DNA of 64,000 nucleotides from a virus: the IMG/VR virus record IMGVR_UViG_3300020442_000006, positions 96,001 to 160,000 of that record; one strand, given 5' to 3'. How positions within the stretch are numbered: position 1 is the stretch's first letter; each line of letters begins with the position of its first letter. The translations under genes and the position numbers were made by a program. The notes below the pieces were generated by a model. The model was given only the letters and a program-made list of their open reading frames with translations. It was not told the origin of the DNA and made no database searches. Positions 47,370 through 57,437 of the stretch are shown here, piece after piece.

Positions 47370-47949
47370 AATGAATGTAAGTTCCCGCGATGTATTTTGC
47401 GTTAGAGATTGCAGGTAGTCCTGCGTGAGGGTATGTCCACGTGGGAGGGAACACCAATAGTCTACCACACTTAGGAGTAACTTTCATATGTTTGAATTCA
47501 GTTTCTCCACCCTCTTCGACATCATTTAGATACCAGAACAGTACAAGCATTCTCTTAGCAGACTCGTGGTCACCCACATCAACGTGCCATTTGAATTCAT
47601 CGTCTGTATCTGGTTTGTATCTCTTGATTCTAAACTGTTCAAGTGATGTCTTCATTGGAAAGTATTGTCTGCAGTCACAGTCATCCATATATTTTTGGAT
47701 GTAATCGTGTGCAGACCTGATGAGTTCTGACTGGATAATATCCCAGTCTTTGTTCTCAGTTTTTTCTATCTTCTCAGTGATGTTGAACTGTGCAAACGTA
47801 GGACGACCGTCTCTATCCCAGACATCGAGTTCTTCTTCCTCGAATAATCTGATTGCATTAGTACAAACTTCCTTGGGCAGGGCATCATCATAGACCCTGA
47901 TGAAATGATTAGGATCCATATGCGAATTCCTGTTTCGCTGCCTCCTCAA
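47362..47949 (-). CDS. 2OG-Fe(II) oxygenase (prolyl 4-hydroxylase-like)
   Basis: [28 protein letters not shown]. Confidence 0.92.
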   Translation of the reverse strand: MRRQRNRNSHMDPNHFIRVYDDALPKEVCTNAIRLFEEEELDVWDRDGRPTFAQFNITEKIEKTENKDWDIIQSELIRSAHDYIQKYMDDCDCRQYFPMKTSLEQFRIKRYKPDTDDEFKWHVDVGDHESAKRMLVLFWYLNDVEEGGETEFKHMKVTPKCGRLLVFPPTWTYPHAGLPAISNAKYIAGTYIHYV

Positions 47950-48931
47950 GTTTTGCCATTATTTCCTCTGTGAAATATTTCTCAGGAGAGGCAAGAACCA
48001 CAGAAGGAAAAGCGGAAGATTCACCAATAGTAACCCTATTCCCCCTCCTCTCGAAGACTCCATATTTCTCACCCAGTTCCAATAGTCCATAATACTTGTC
48101 CAATCCCCTTGCGTCATAGAATAACCTCGTCTCTACTTTTGAATTTTCTTTTGTAAAGCGTGACTTTGCAGTCGTACACTTGATAATATTACCAACAATC
48201 TCCTTTTTGGAGTCACGTTCCTTAGACTTGCTTAGGAAAATAATTGTGCTTGCGGCATACTTAAGACCCGATCCTCCACCCATCTCTTTGGTTGGAACGT
48301 ATGCACCTACTACATCATATGTATGGTTGGTGACGATCAGAGGTACATTGCAGCGACCAAGTTCTAGAGTCAGTACACGGAAGATTGCCTTTACAACCTG
48401 TGCACGTGTCATATCTCTAGTCTCTTTACCTTCTTCGCTGTCAGATACTTCTTTACTGGTAGAAAGCATACCAAGTGAGTCAAGACAGAACATCATAGGT
48501 TTACGTTCTGACTCATCCATCTTGGAATAGTTCTTCAGAGTCTTGAGTGCTTGTGTTCTGAACTCCTGCACAGTTGTGACAGGTACAACAGCAACACGAT
48601 TAGCATCGATACCTCTGCTCTCTAGCATATCTTTGGAGACAGCAGATTCAGATTCAAAGTATAGTACAATACCATCAGGATTAGAATCCAAGAAACTCCG
48701 AACGACACTAAGAGTAAAAAAAGTTTTCCCAGTGCTGCTCTCTCCTGCAATAGCGGTGATCTTGTTTGAAGGCAGACCTCCATAAATCGAACCACTAACA
48801 AGGGCATTGAAAATATAAGACCCAGTGTCAACAAAAGAAGACACGTCGCCTGCAGCGACCCCATCGCTAACGACTGAAGCATAGTCATTGCCGATGTCTT
48901 TAATAATGTCTTTTAGAAAGGATGTAGTCAT
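47909..48931 (-). CDS. uvsX: RecA-like recombinase UvsX
   Basis: [23 protein letters not shown]. Confidence 0.96.
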   Translation of the reverse strand: MTTSFLKDIIKDIGNDYASVVSDGVAAGDVSSFVDTGSYIFNALVSGSIYGGLPSNKITAIAGESSTGKTFFTLSVVRSFLDSNPDGIVLYFESESAVSKDMLESRGIDANRVAVVPVTTVQEFRTQALKTLKNYSKMDESERKPMMFCLDSLGMLSTSKEVSDSEEGKETRDMTRAQVVKAIFRVLTLELGRCNVPLIVTNHTYDVVGAYVPTKEMGGGSGLKYAASTIIFLSKSKERDSKKEIVGNIIKCTTAKSRFTKENSKVETRLFYDARGLDKYYGLLELGEKYGVFERRGNRVTIGESSAFPSVVLASPEKYFTEEIMAKLEEAAKQEFAYGS

Positions 48932-51408
48932 AGGAAAAATTCGTCTAGGTTAGCAATCTTCTCTGCTTTCCAGTTGATAGTATCCATAATAACCTGTAAT
49001 GGGTCAAGGAAACTCTTCTGGAATTGTAGGTCATAATCTATGGACTTGTCAAGACCAAATTCTTTCGGCAGAGTCTGAAAGAAACTTACAACGTTCTCTT
49101 GGATTTTGTTTGGGGTCTTCAAGTAGAGGAACTTGACCTTCTCACCCTCTTGGATCAGAGGAAACTTGTGAGATAGTTTGTTCTTCTTGATATAGAAATT
49201 GTATAGGAGTGCTCCTCTCACGTGGATAGGAGTTCCCTTTGAGTATATTGTAGCAGGATTTGAGAACTTTGACAGACCATTACATCCACGTGGGAATGCA
49301 ATCTCTTCTGCTGATAGTTTCTCGAACTTGTCTCTGAAGTTTGAAATGAATTCTTGGGTATCCTCTTCGGTACCATTCATAATCACCTTCATAGCATCCT
49401 TAATTGCTGTCCTGCAGGCAGCAGGTGTGGATGATTTAACTGCCTCAATACCCATCATCTTAAGTTTAGGGTCAGCAAACCTGACTCCTTCGATGTCATA
49501 AGCATTGAGAATGTATCTTTTCTTGGCAGTCCATATACCTTTGTTGGCAATGGTCTCCCTCTTCATTTTCATTTTTTGGTCATACGCCGATACATACGTC
49601 GCGAGGTCCGCGTAAGACTTATCAATGTAGGGTTCAATCTTTTCTTGGCAGATCTTGTCAAGTATCCCCACAACTGCTGCTTTATCGCCAGACTTACTAT
49701 TAAAAAATTTATCAACAAGAGGTCCAAGGTTAAGATAGATTGAGTCAGTGTCAGATGCAATGACATAATCCTCCTTTTCCGTGTTGAGTAAGTTATTTAG
49801 GTAGTCGTTCATACGGTTTTCAATCCAACGGATAGAAACCTGACCAGAAAGAGTGATTGCTTCAGCGTTCGCTAGGTTATAATACCTAAAGTATTGGTTA
49901 CCGATAGCACCATATGCAGAGTTCAACTGGATCTTTCGCGCCATCTGTATATTATTGAAGGCAGAAATATCATCTTGTAACTTTTTGTTACCAGTCTTCT
50001 CATATTCTTTCTTCGCCTTGATCATCTTCTTCTTATAGATCACACGTTCATCGTAGATCTTTTGCATCATTTCGGGGAGAAACCCTTGTATGTCTTTCCT
50101 ATACTGTGCTCCGTTGGCGCACACACAGTAATCTCCACTCCCGATTGATACTTTTTGATTGAGCAATCCATCAACACTGGCGGTGGGGTGACGCTTGTCG
50201 AGGAGGGTTTCAGGCGAAATATTATACTGCATAATGAGATGAGGGTACAGAGAGTTAAGGTCAAACGAAACCACCCAATCGTATAGTCCTGGTTTTGGTT
50301 CTTTGACGTATGCTCCTGCGTACTTGTCGTTCTTGTTGCTCTCTTGTCTCGGAGGGACACAGATTTTACGCTCCTTCAGATAGTTGTAGATGAGTGTATC
50401 CCACATACGAACCTGTGAGTAAACATCCTCGAAGTTTACTTTGGCATCGTATGCCATAACCACAGCGAGTTCTAGTAGTTTCATCTTGTGCTCAAGACGA
50501 TCTACTAGTTCAACGTCGTGGATGTTGTATTCAACAAACTTCTGCCAGTCCTCAGTATAGAACGCTTTGAAGTTTTCAAACTCGCTATGATCTAACTTAC
50601 GTTCATCTAGTTCGACAAACGCAATGTGGTCAAGGCGATATGATTCCTGATTGGTATATGTAAACTTGCGGTATAGATCAAGGTAATCCAGAATACTGAC
50701 ACCAAGAATATTGTAAGAAAGATTCTTGCGTCCCTTGATGAATACCTCACGCATATTGACCTTGTTCCAAGGTGATAGTGATTTCTGCCACTTCTCACCT
50801 AGCACACGTTCAATACGACGACAGATATAGGGGATGTCGTACAGATTACAGTTCCAACCAGTGACCACATCTGGAGTGTTCTCTACCCACCAAGTATGGA
50901 AGTTAGACAACATCTCCTGTTCAGTAAAGAAGACACGATACTCTGTGTCAATCTTTGCCTCACGTGTACCCCAAGTGATGTACTTGCCACTACTAAGATC
51001 TTTAATAGTGATCAGCAGCATCTCTTCTTGACACGCTTCAGTGTCAGGGAAACCATTCTCACAGGCAACCTCGATGTCAATCGTATAGATCTTCATCTGC
51101 TCTAGGTTTGCCCTCATATCCTGAGGGTATTTCTCTGAGATCCACTGATATACAAATCTCTCGTAACCGTGCACCTCAAACCCTTCAACACCTTTGTACT
51201 TCTCGATGAACTCACGAGCACGTTTAGCACCGTCTTGTTTGACAGGTGCCATCTTCTCGCCATCAAGAGTCTTCCACTTACCTTTCGGTGATGGAACATA
51301 CAGTGTAGGTTTGATGATCTCCTTATAGGAAATAGGGACACCATCCTCATATCCACGACAGAGGATAGCGTCACCTAGCAATGTTACGTTTGTATAAACT
51401 GAACTCAA
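48928..51408 (-). CDS. gp43: family B DNA polymerase gp43
   Basis: DIEV exonuclease, [22 protein letters not shown]; uninterrupted. Confidence 0.98.
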   Translation of the reverse strand: MSSVYTNVTLLGDAILCRGYEDGVPISYKEIIKPTLYVPSPKGKWKTLDGEKMAPVKQDGAKRAREFIEKYKGVEGFEVHGYERFVYQWISEKYPQDMRANLEQMKIYTIDIEVACENGFPDTEACQEEMLLITIKDLSSGKYITWGTREAKIDTEYRVFFTEQEMLSNFHTWWVENTPDVVTGWNCNLYDIPYICRRIERVLGEKWQKSLSPWNKVNMREVFIKGRKNLSYNILGVSILDYLDLYRKFTYTNQESYRLDHIAFVELDERKLDHSEFENFKAFYTEDWQKFVEYNIHDVELVDRLEHKMKLLELAVVMAYDAKVNFEDVYSQVRMWDTLIYNYLKERKICVPPRQESNKNDKYAGAYVKEPKPGLYDWVVSFDLNSLYPHLIMQYNISPETLLDKRHPTASVDGLLNQKVSIGSGDYCVCANGAQYRKDIQGFLPEMMQKIYDERVIYKKKMIKAKKEYEKTGNKKLQDDISAFNNIQMARKIQLNSAYGAIGNQYFRYYNLANAEAITLSGQVSIRWIENRMNDYLNNLLNTEKEDYVIASDTDSIYLNLGPLVDKFFNSKSGDKAAVVGILDKICQEKIEPYIDKSYADLATYVSAYDQKMKMKRETIANKGIWTAKKRYILNAYDIEGVRFADPKLKMMGIEAVKSSTPAACRTAIKDAMKVIMNGTEEDTQEFISNFRDKFEKLSAEEIAFPRGCNGLSKFSNPATIYSKGTPIHVRGALLYNFYIKKNKLSHKFPLIQEGEKVKFLYLKTPNKIQENVVSFFQTLPKEFGLDKSIDYDLQFQKSFLDPLQVIMDTINWKAEKIANLDEFFL

Positions 51409-51641
51409 AGTGCCTTCTTGTAGTTGGTAATGGTCTCTTCAGACGGTTCAACTATAGTCAAAACTACGTCAGAAGTCAAGAAGATGTCACGTTGATTCGT
51501 GTAGAAGGGATACCTCTTGTATTCTCCTTCTTCGATTTTCATACAGTCAGAGATAAGGTAAGAGGGTTCCTCATCTAGTTCTGTGACTGCACCCATTAGG
51601 TGCGTATGATCCTTAAGAAGGATTATCTTTAGTGGTGTCAT
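51405..51641 (-). CDS. small Sm-like hypothetical protein
   Basis: LKIILLK...VLTIVEP; paralog-like to the neighbour. Confidence 0.65.
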   Translation of the reverse strand: MTPLKIILLKDHTHLMGAVTELDEEPSYLISDCMKIEEGEYKRYPFYTNQRDIFLTSDVVLTIVEPSEETITNYKKAL

Positions 51642-51963
51642 TACCTTTGATACAAGTTTTCCATTTTGATTCCACCTCAGGGTGTGGATTGTAGATTGTA
51701 GCGACGTTGCTCAATACTACTAGTGTAGCATTATTCGAAGACAATGGGATCCAAGGGAATAGTTCCAAGTTCAGATCGTTGATCTTTTGTGGTGTCTCCT
51801 GTGTCCCTTCGAATAGCATTTCTGCTGCAGCGTGCAGGTTTACCTGATAGGGATCCTTCATAAAATATCCAATAGGAGAGTAAGAATCCTTCTCGGGATA
51901 CGCTTCTTGCACATCAGCGATTACGTCTTCTCCGTTGATCATTCTTACGATTTTTACGGTCAT
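51613..51963 (-). CDS. Sm-like hypothetical protein
   Basis: VKIVRMINGEDVIA...PWIPLS. Confidence 0.75.
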   Translation of the reverse strand: MTVKIVRMINGEDVIADVQEAYPEKDSYSPIGYFMKDPYQVNLHAAAEMLFEGTQETPQKINDLNLELFPWIPLSSNNATLVVLSNVATIYNPHPEVESKWKTCIKGNDTTKDNPS

Positions 51964-52153
51964 AATTTTCTGTTAGGTTATTGTAAACACCACGAACGAT
52001 GTCTGCGAATGCTCTTCTTGCACTCACGTTATGTTCATCGGCAAGGGTCCTAGCGTATTGTAGCACCTCATCAACATTTTGGGAAGGAACATCTAGCGTG
52101 ATCGATTCATAGTCAGTGCTCCCCCTTGGAGCACAGTTCACATAGTGATTCAT
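51914..52153 (-). CDS. hypothetical protein
   Basis: Start at MNHYVNCAPRG with GGAG SD. Confidence 0.55.
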   Translation of the reverse strand: MNHYVNCAPRGSTDYESITLDVPSQNVDEVLQYARTLADEHNVSARRAFADIVRGVYNNLTENYDRKNRKNDQRRRRNR

Positions 52154-52168
52154 TAAAAAAACTCCATA

Positions 52169-52193
52169 GAAAAAGAGACCCGAAGGTCTCTTC
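52169..52193 (-). terminator. UUCG terminator
   Basis: AGAGACC-TTCG-GGTCTCT-TTTT. Confidence 0.85.
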
Positions 52194-52211
52194 TGTTGTA
52201 CATTATGTAGG

Positions 52212-52382
52212 TTAGTAATCATCCTGTGTTTGTGACTCTACCCACTCAGCATTGTTTCGACAATATGAGTGAACATCTATCTCCATCTTATGATGAGCAC
52301 GAGTATGAATCACTTGTATCATACCGACTGTTCCCACTATCAACAGATTCAAAACTGTCAGTGGATGAGTGACATATTTCAC
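52212..52382 (-). CDS. small membrane protein (56 aa, GTG start)
   Basis: Manual ORF MKYVTHPLTVLNLLIVGTVGMIQVIHTRAHHKMEIDVHSYC. Confidence 0.6.
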   Translation of the reverse strand: MKYVTHPLTVLNLLIVGTVGMIQVIHTRAHHKMEIDVHSYCRNNAEWVESQTQDDY

Positions 52383-52394
52383 TGGAATTTGGTA

Positions 52395-52835
52395 TCAGTC
52401 TATATTATATACCTTTCTCTTGTGACTGTCAGGTACGATTTTGTTAAGTTCAATGGTCAAAAGACCATCTTGGTAATCAACACTGCCAATCTTTACGTCA
52501 TCTGAGAGTGTGAATGTCCTAGCAAAGGTACGTTTCGCTACACCTTTGTGTAGGTATCCTCTGTGGTCATCGTTCTTCTCTTTGACTGTCCTGATTGATA
52601 GGACGTTAGTTTCTGTTGCGACCTCGAACTCTTCCTTCTTGAATCCTGCTAGTGCTACTTCGATCTTCCATTTAGTTTCTGATTCTTTGATCAGATTGTA
52701 TGGAGGATAGGATGTTTTCTCGTGATCCGCTAGTGCTCGTGCCTCTAGTCTGTGGAAGATGTTGTCGAGTCCGACTGAGTATGACCTAGATGCCTGTAGG
52801 ATTTTATCTAGATCACTTGATGTGAAATGGTTCAT
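52395..52835 (-). CDS. hsp20: small heat-shock protein Hsp20
   Basis: YPPYNLIK, IEVALAGF, HKGVAKRTF..TFTL, DGLLTI. Confidence 0.97.
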   Translation of the reverse strand: MNHFTSSDLDKILQASRSYSVGLDNIFHRLEARALADHEKTSYPPYNLIKESETKWKIEVALAGFKKEEFEVATETNVLSIRTVKEKNDDHRGYLHKGVAKRTFARTFTLSDDVKIGSVDYQDGLLTIELNKIVPDSHKRKVYNID

Positions 52836-52839
52836 TTGT

Positions 52840-52898
52840 ACTGCTCCTTAAAAGCGAGAGTTTATGTGTTGTCCCTTTCGGCGACATCAATATTTATA
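52840..52898 (-). promoter_or_regulatory. hsp20 late promoter and ROSE-like 5' UTR
   Basis: TATAAATA at 52891-52898; GAAA hairpin; TCGCT-TTTA-AGGAG hairpin covering the SD. Confidence 0.6.
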
Positions 52899-52996
52899 AT
52901 GATAGCAATGGATTTGGGGTTCGGTTAAAACGGTATCATATGTACAGTTTATACGACGCTAAATAGGCTTACATAGACCTCGTATTTTAGAGCAAA

Positions 52997-53500
52997 ATGA
53001 AAAGAGCAGCGATGCTTTTTGTTATGAGTTTGATGACGGCACCTGCATATGCCGATGTTACACATAAATTATCTTCTTCAGTACAACTTACTGTGGACGC
53101 GGCAGCAACAAATGTACAGCGTGTCGGTACAACCTACAGTGTAAGTGGTAACAACGTGACTACACAATACACACCTAGTGGTGGTTCTGCTACGTCATCT
53201 ATTGGTTCCCTTACTGTCAGTTCAGGCGTTGGAGCAATTCCATCATTGACAGCGACCCAAGCAACTGCAGGGGAAAGTTTCAGTTTTACTCAGTCATTCT
53301 ATCAAGGTGACGCCATAAGCACTAGCGCACCCAGTTTAGGTGCTGTTGGTAACTACTCCAACCAGACTTCAACTGCTGCAGGTACAAAAGACACATTAGC
53401 AGGTACCATCGATACCTCAGGAACGATGGCACTAACAGCAGGTGGTGCAGGTACCAGTGCTGTGGGTCAATTTGTCTCCGAGATTACTATCGGAAACTGA
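52997..53500 (+). CDS. secreted Ser/Thr-rich beta protein
   Basis: Signal peptide ending APAYA; beta-strand-rich. Confidence 0.75.
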   Translation: MKRAAMLFVMSLMTAPAYADVTHKLSSSVQLTVDAAATNVQRVGTTYSVSGNNVTTQYTPSGGSATSSIGSLTVSSGVGAIPSLTATQATAGESFSFTQSFYQGDAISTSAPSLGAVGNYSNQTSTAAGTKDTLAGTIDTSGTMALTAGGAGTSAVGQFVSEITIGN

Positions 53501-53931
53501 TGAAAAAACTTGTCATCCTGGCACTGTTCACATTCGCTGGAACTCCAGTGATAGCAGTGCCTGTGGTGCCAAATTTTACACAGGGCAGTATGACTAGCCA
53601 CACGGAAACGACTTCCAAGGTGACGGAGACCATAAATTCTATGGACTACGCTACAGGGTGGGTTTATTCGGTAAGTGGTACAAACGTAAAACACGATGGT
53701 GCATCTATGACACCAGGTGTTCAAAGTGAAAATCAAACTATTGATGGTGTGACTTCAAAATGGACAGGATTAAACGTAAATCAAAAACCAAACTGGACAC
53801 AGAACAATGTGGGTCAGGCATTCCAGTTCACAGAAACCTATTCAGGACCTGGTTTGCAAAATCAAACAATTATTCAGAGAGTGACGGAGGTTACAAGCGT
53901 AACCGACACTACAAGTATCTTCCAACAGTAG
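53500..53931 (+). CDS. secreted Thr-rich protein
   Basis: Signal peptide MKKLVILALFTFAGTPVIA; VPNFTQGSM. Confidence 0.75.
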   Translation: MKKLVILALFTFAGTPVIAVPVVPNFTQGSMTSHTETTSKVTETINSMDYATGWVYSVSGTNVKHDGASMTPGVQSENQTIDGVTSKWTGLNVNQKPNWTQNNVGQAFQFTETYSGPGLQNQTIIQRVTEVTSVTDTTSIFQQ

Positions 53932-54779
53932 GAGCAGTTGCTCTATCTCTATTGTCAACACCACTACGTGCAGAGACTGTTGGTGGTGTATCTGCTACTG
54001 CAGCGCCCATCGCAAATAGCAGTGGCTCAGTGACTAATCAGGCAATTCAGGTGTTACAAGGACCATATATTACCAACACTTATGGTAATGGTATTCAGTG
54101 TCAAGGTAGTACACTTAACATAACACCATTTGTCACTGGTAGTGCATCTGGACAAAAACCTTGGGAAGATCAGTGGTGGGATAATGTATATGATATGCGA
54201 GATCTAAATGACGATGGAGCACCAGACAATCCTGGGTCTGTGTTATATCAAGTTCCCGTAAGGACAGGACAGAAAGATACATATAACCTATCTCTTGGTG
54301 TAAGTGCTACGTGGTCTATTCCACTTGACAAGAAAGCACAAGATCAATGTAAGAGAGCAGCGACTACACAGAATGATATGCAGAGACAACTAATTGCTAA
54401 CAAGCGATTAGATTTTGAGATCGCGAGACTCAAGAATTGTGGAGAATTGATGAAGGCAGGAATTATGTTCAAACCTGGGTCGAAATATTATGCTGTATGC
54501 TCCGATGTATTGGTTATGAATGTGAATCATATACCACAACATAACCACTTACTTCAACAGTTGCCTACCTCTTCTTCATCTTCCGAAGTTCTCGAAGTGC
54601 CCGAGTCCTCATCCTCTGGTGATCTTGACGGTCCCGAAGTGACTGAAGTTTCGGAACCCGTCCAAACGCAATCCCAATCTTCTGAACCGTCTTCTTCACA
54701 GCAGGTTTCACCACTTTCAGAAGAAGATCGGCAAGCGGTTTTGCGAGCAGTGCAGAGGTGGCAGCAACTGCGGCGATAG
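53760..54779 (+). CDS. secreted/outer-membrane protein, start uncertain
   Basis: Signal-like segment then GGVSATAAPIANSSGSVTNQAIQ; LSLGVSATWSIPL; Cys pairs. Confidence 0.7.
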   Translation: MDRIKRKSKTKLDTEQCGSGIPVHRNLFRTWFAKSNNYSESDGGYKRNRHYKYLPTVGAVALSLLSTPLRAETVGGVSATAAPIANSSGSVTNQAIQVLQGPYITNTYGNGIQCQGSTLNITPFVTGSASGQKPWEDQWWDNVYDMRDLNDDGAPDNPGSVLYQVPVRTGQKDTYNLSLGVSATWSIPLDKKAQDQCKRAATTQNDMQRQLIANKRLDFEIARLKNCGELMKAGIMFKPGSKYYAVCSDVLVMNVNHIPQHNHLLQQLPTSSSSSEVLEVPESSSSGDLDGPEVTEVSEPVQTQSQSSEPSSSQQVSPLSEEDRQAVLRAVQRWQQLRR

Positions 54780-55332
54780 ATCCTGTAGTAACTACTAACC
54801 CTGCTGAAGGGATGTTTTCTACAATCTGTTGTTGAAGATTAAGTTTCTCTGTTACTTCAATACATTCTTTGCCTACGAGTTCGTAAGCAACAATCTTTTT
54901 ATTACCCTCTAGGATCTTTCCTATGGGGTTTTTTAATTCTTGTGCCCTAGTAGGACATTTTGGAATCTCTGTCTTAGGGATTTTTGTCTCAGGAACATTT
55001 AATTCTGGTTTCTGATTCTCAAACTTAGGTGGTTCTACTGGTGGTCCAGAGAGTGTCAACCCTTCAGGACTATAGTCAAGAGGATTGAACGAAGGAGTTG
55101 ATGCATCACAATACACCCTCGTTCCTTTAGGGTCATCCTCTGTGAGGTTTTTATTCTTACCATCATCTGCTTCGTGTGCCTCTACACATCCAGGGATGTT
55201 GATGATAGGCACACCAACCTGTGTAGTAACAGGAGGGTAGATCGGTATTGCCTGTGGTGGATTGTTTAACCAGTCAAACGTCCTAATGGGAGGTATGTCT
55301 AGGTTTCTCACACCGATCTCAGGGATTTCCAT
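54565..55332 (-). CDS. Pro-rich membrane-anchored hypothetical protein
   Basis: GVPIINIPGCVEAH, TM SIAAVAATSALLA. Confidence 0.7.
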   Translation of the reverse strand: MEIPEIGVRNLDIPPIRTFDWLNNPPQAIPIYPPVTTQVGVPIINIPGCVEAHEADDGKNKNLTEDDPKGTRVYCDASTPSFNPLDYSPEGLTLSGPPVEPPKFENQKPELNVPETKIPKTEIPKCPTRAQELKNPIGKILEGNKKIVAYELVGKECIEVTEKLNLQQQIVENIPSAGLVVTTGSIAAVAATSALLAKPLADLLLKVVKPAVKKTVQKIGIAFGRVPKLQSLRDRQDHQRMRTRALRELRKMKKR

Positions 55333-55334
55333 AA

Positions 55335-55886
55335 TTACTCAAGCATTTCTTCTTCGCAATCTGCTAATTGTTGTGCGATTTCTCCACCGATGTCACCACC
55401 TTTGTTACCTGCAAAGAGAGCAACACCACCTGCTAGGACTGGACCTACAAATGGGATACCTGATAAAGCGGGAGCAGCAGCAGTTCCGATACTAGCGCCG
55501 ATCACTGCACCTGTCTGTTCTCCACCACCTGCCGCCTTGATACACTCGATCTTTTTGGCAGTTAGGACCGACTTTCCCACAGCACCTCCACCCGTATGGC
55601 GAGCACCATCCATTGTGTACTGGTTCTCTTTTCTGATTGTAGATTCACCACCGATACCAAAGAATCCGTTGGTCTTATCAATGAACGTATTCTCTGCCAT
55701 CACCTTTGGATCGTTACCTTTGTAGGTTATGCGATACCCATCCTTCTTAACCTCAGCACTGTAGGAACTATAAGGACCTACAGGTGGGTTAAGAGTTGGA
55801 AGAGTTGATTTGTTCGCTATGATACCGATCATTCCTAGATGTGAAATACCTAAGATAACACCTGCACTAGCGTAAAACCATTTCAT
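55335..55886 (-). CDS. Gly-zipper membrane protein
   Basis: N-terminal hydrophobic segment; GAVIGASIG...GGDIGGEIA. Confidence 0.7.
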   Translation of the reverse strand: MKWFYASAGVILGISHLGMIGIIANKSTLPTLNPPVGPYSSYSAEVKKDGYRITYKGNDPKVMAENTFIDKTNGFFGIGGESTIRKENQYTMDGARHTGGGAVGKSVLTAKKIECIKAAGGGEQTGAVIGASIGTAAAPALSGIPFVGPVLAGGVALFAGNKGGDIGGEIAQQLADCEEEMLE

Positions 55887-56137
55887 TTTCCTAGAGGATT
55901 AGAGGGAGCGGGTAGACCAACAGGAGGAATAGCAGGACCACCGATGTTAGGGATCTTAGAATCAACAAGACCAGGGACCATACTGCCCACTGCTTCAGCG
56001 ACAAAACCTGCAAGTCTTTCTCTTGATCTTTCTGCAAGTGCTTCTCTATTCACCCAAGTGTAAACACTTACACCAGTGATAGTACCTGCAAAAACAAAGT
56101 TGAACACAACGAATGTGTTAATTACTTTTTGGAACAT
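55883..56137 (-). CDS. small membrane protein
   Basis: N-terminal TM, Pro-rich tail. Confidence 0.65.
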   Translation of the reverse strand: MFQKVINTFVVFNFVFAGTITGVSVYTWVNREALAERSRERLAGFVAEAVGSMVPGLVDSKIPNIGGPAIPPVGLPAPSNPLGK

Positions 56138-56139
56138 AA

Positions 56140-56583
56140 TTACATCTCATACTTTTTAGGGTCAGTTTCGGTTGTTATTTTCAAAGGTGCTTGTTCGACA
56201 CGGATGATCTGTGCAGGAGCAGTTTGTGATGCTGCCTGAATCAATCTTTCCATATCTGCCTTTGTGATGCCCCCACCGTTCGGAGCATCTTTCCCATTAC
56301 CATTGTTCTTCTTGGCGGTCTGGACCCCGAAAGTCGCTAAAACCCCAGTGAAGACGCTGGCTATGAAAGTTGGATCGAGATCCTGTTCGGGAAAGTTGAG
56401 TGCCTTTGGCAAGTCAACGTACGCTAAAGTGAGGATACCACCAGACCATACAAGAATACCAAGTCTCACGAAAGTAGATAGAATCGCGAGTTGTTCTTCC
56501 TTATCTTCTGATGCCTCCTTCAAGCGACCAAAGAAACCTTTGGGTTTCTCCTCAGGTTGAGGTTTTTTCTTTTCCTCTGCCAT
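56140..56583 (-). CDS. two-TM membrane protein
   Basis: FVRLGILVWSGGILTL, DPTFIASVFTGVLATFGV. Confidence 0.75.
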   Translation of the reverse strand: MAEEKKKPQPEEKPKGFFGRLKEASEDKEEQLAILSTFVRLGILVWSGGILTLAYVDLPKALNFPEQDLDPTFIASVFTGVLATFGVQTAKKNNGNGKDAPNGGGITKADMERLIQAASQTAPAQIIRVEQAPLKITTETDPKKYEM

Positions 56584-56614
56584 AGGTACTACTTTTGGAA
56601 CTAACTATATATAT

Positions 56615-57037
56615 CTACTCAGCGACCGTACGTTTCTTCCCGATATTATATTTCGACTCTAGGATCCACTCACCCTTGTCCTTGTAAGAGATAACCTTGA
56701 TCTGGTTTAGTGGTGCAAGTTCACCGATCTCTTCTTCAACAATATCTACAAGTCCCCAATCGGATAGTAGTTTAGTAATTCTGTTGCGACGTTCTACGTC
56801 ATTAGAAGTTAAGTTCGCGTGCTTTCCATCCAACGCAAACAACTCCTTAAAATGTACAATATAATACTTACCCTTCTTATGAAGAATATGACAACTCTGA
56901 AATAATTTCTTTTCCTTTCTTGATGCTACACCGATTCTAGTAAGTGTCTCTCTGACTTTCAAGAAGTCGTCAGGTTGTTTGAGACTAACCTCAACCATCA
57001 TATCGGGGGACCAAGAAATCTCGATCTCACCTGCCAT
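56615..57037 (-). CDS. regA: translational repressor RegA
   Basis: DDFLKVRETLTRIGVAS, QSCHILHK.G.YYIVHFKELF. Confidence 0.97.
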   Translation of the reverse strand: MAGEIEISWSPDMMVEVSLKQPDDFLKVRETLTRIGVASRKEKKLFQSCHILHKKGKYYIVHFKELFALDGKHANLTSNDVERRNRITKLLSDWGLVDIVEEEIGELAPLNQIKVISYKDKGEWILESKYNIGKKRTVAE

Positions 57038-57437
57038 TGGTTTTACCTCCAGTATTCATTTTTAATTTAATCAATTCAATCTGATCCTTAGTCAGAATCC
57101 TAAGTGCATCCCGTGCTTTTTCATCTGAATACTTGAAGTATTTTTTGATGAGGTCAAGGTTTTCAATCTTGTCCTTACGTTGCCAGGGAGAGAAACGACG
57201 TTTCTTTCTCAGACTATTTAGATAAAATGAATATTGAAGATCGTTATCAAGTTGGTGAAACTCATTGAGAGCATTGGCATATAGAACTGTCTCTTTGAAT
57301 CCGCTAAAACATTTGTTGACGATGAATGGAGGATACTTCTTCATCCAATCATCACCACGCTCACGAAGATCCTCTTTAGTATGGTTAATACTATTGAGGT
57401 AATCAGTTAAAGGGTAGTCCTTGTGGTGCTTTGACAT
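57027..57437 (-). CDS. gp62: clamp loader small subunit gp62
   Basis: DYLNSIN, YPPFIVN, QYSFYLNSLRKKRRF. Confidence 0.95.
   Translation of the reverse strand: MSKHHKDYPLTDYLNSINHTKEDLRERGDDWMKKYPPFIVNKCFSGFKETVLYANALNEFHQLDNDLQYSFYLNSLRKKRRFSPWQRKDKIENLDLIKKYFKYSDEKARDALRILTKDQIELIKLKMNTGGKTNGR

Noticed and set aside
52212-52400. Apparent start-less ORF after hsp20
   Set aside because: An in-frame GTG at 52382 gives a normal 56-aa gene
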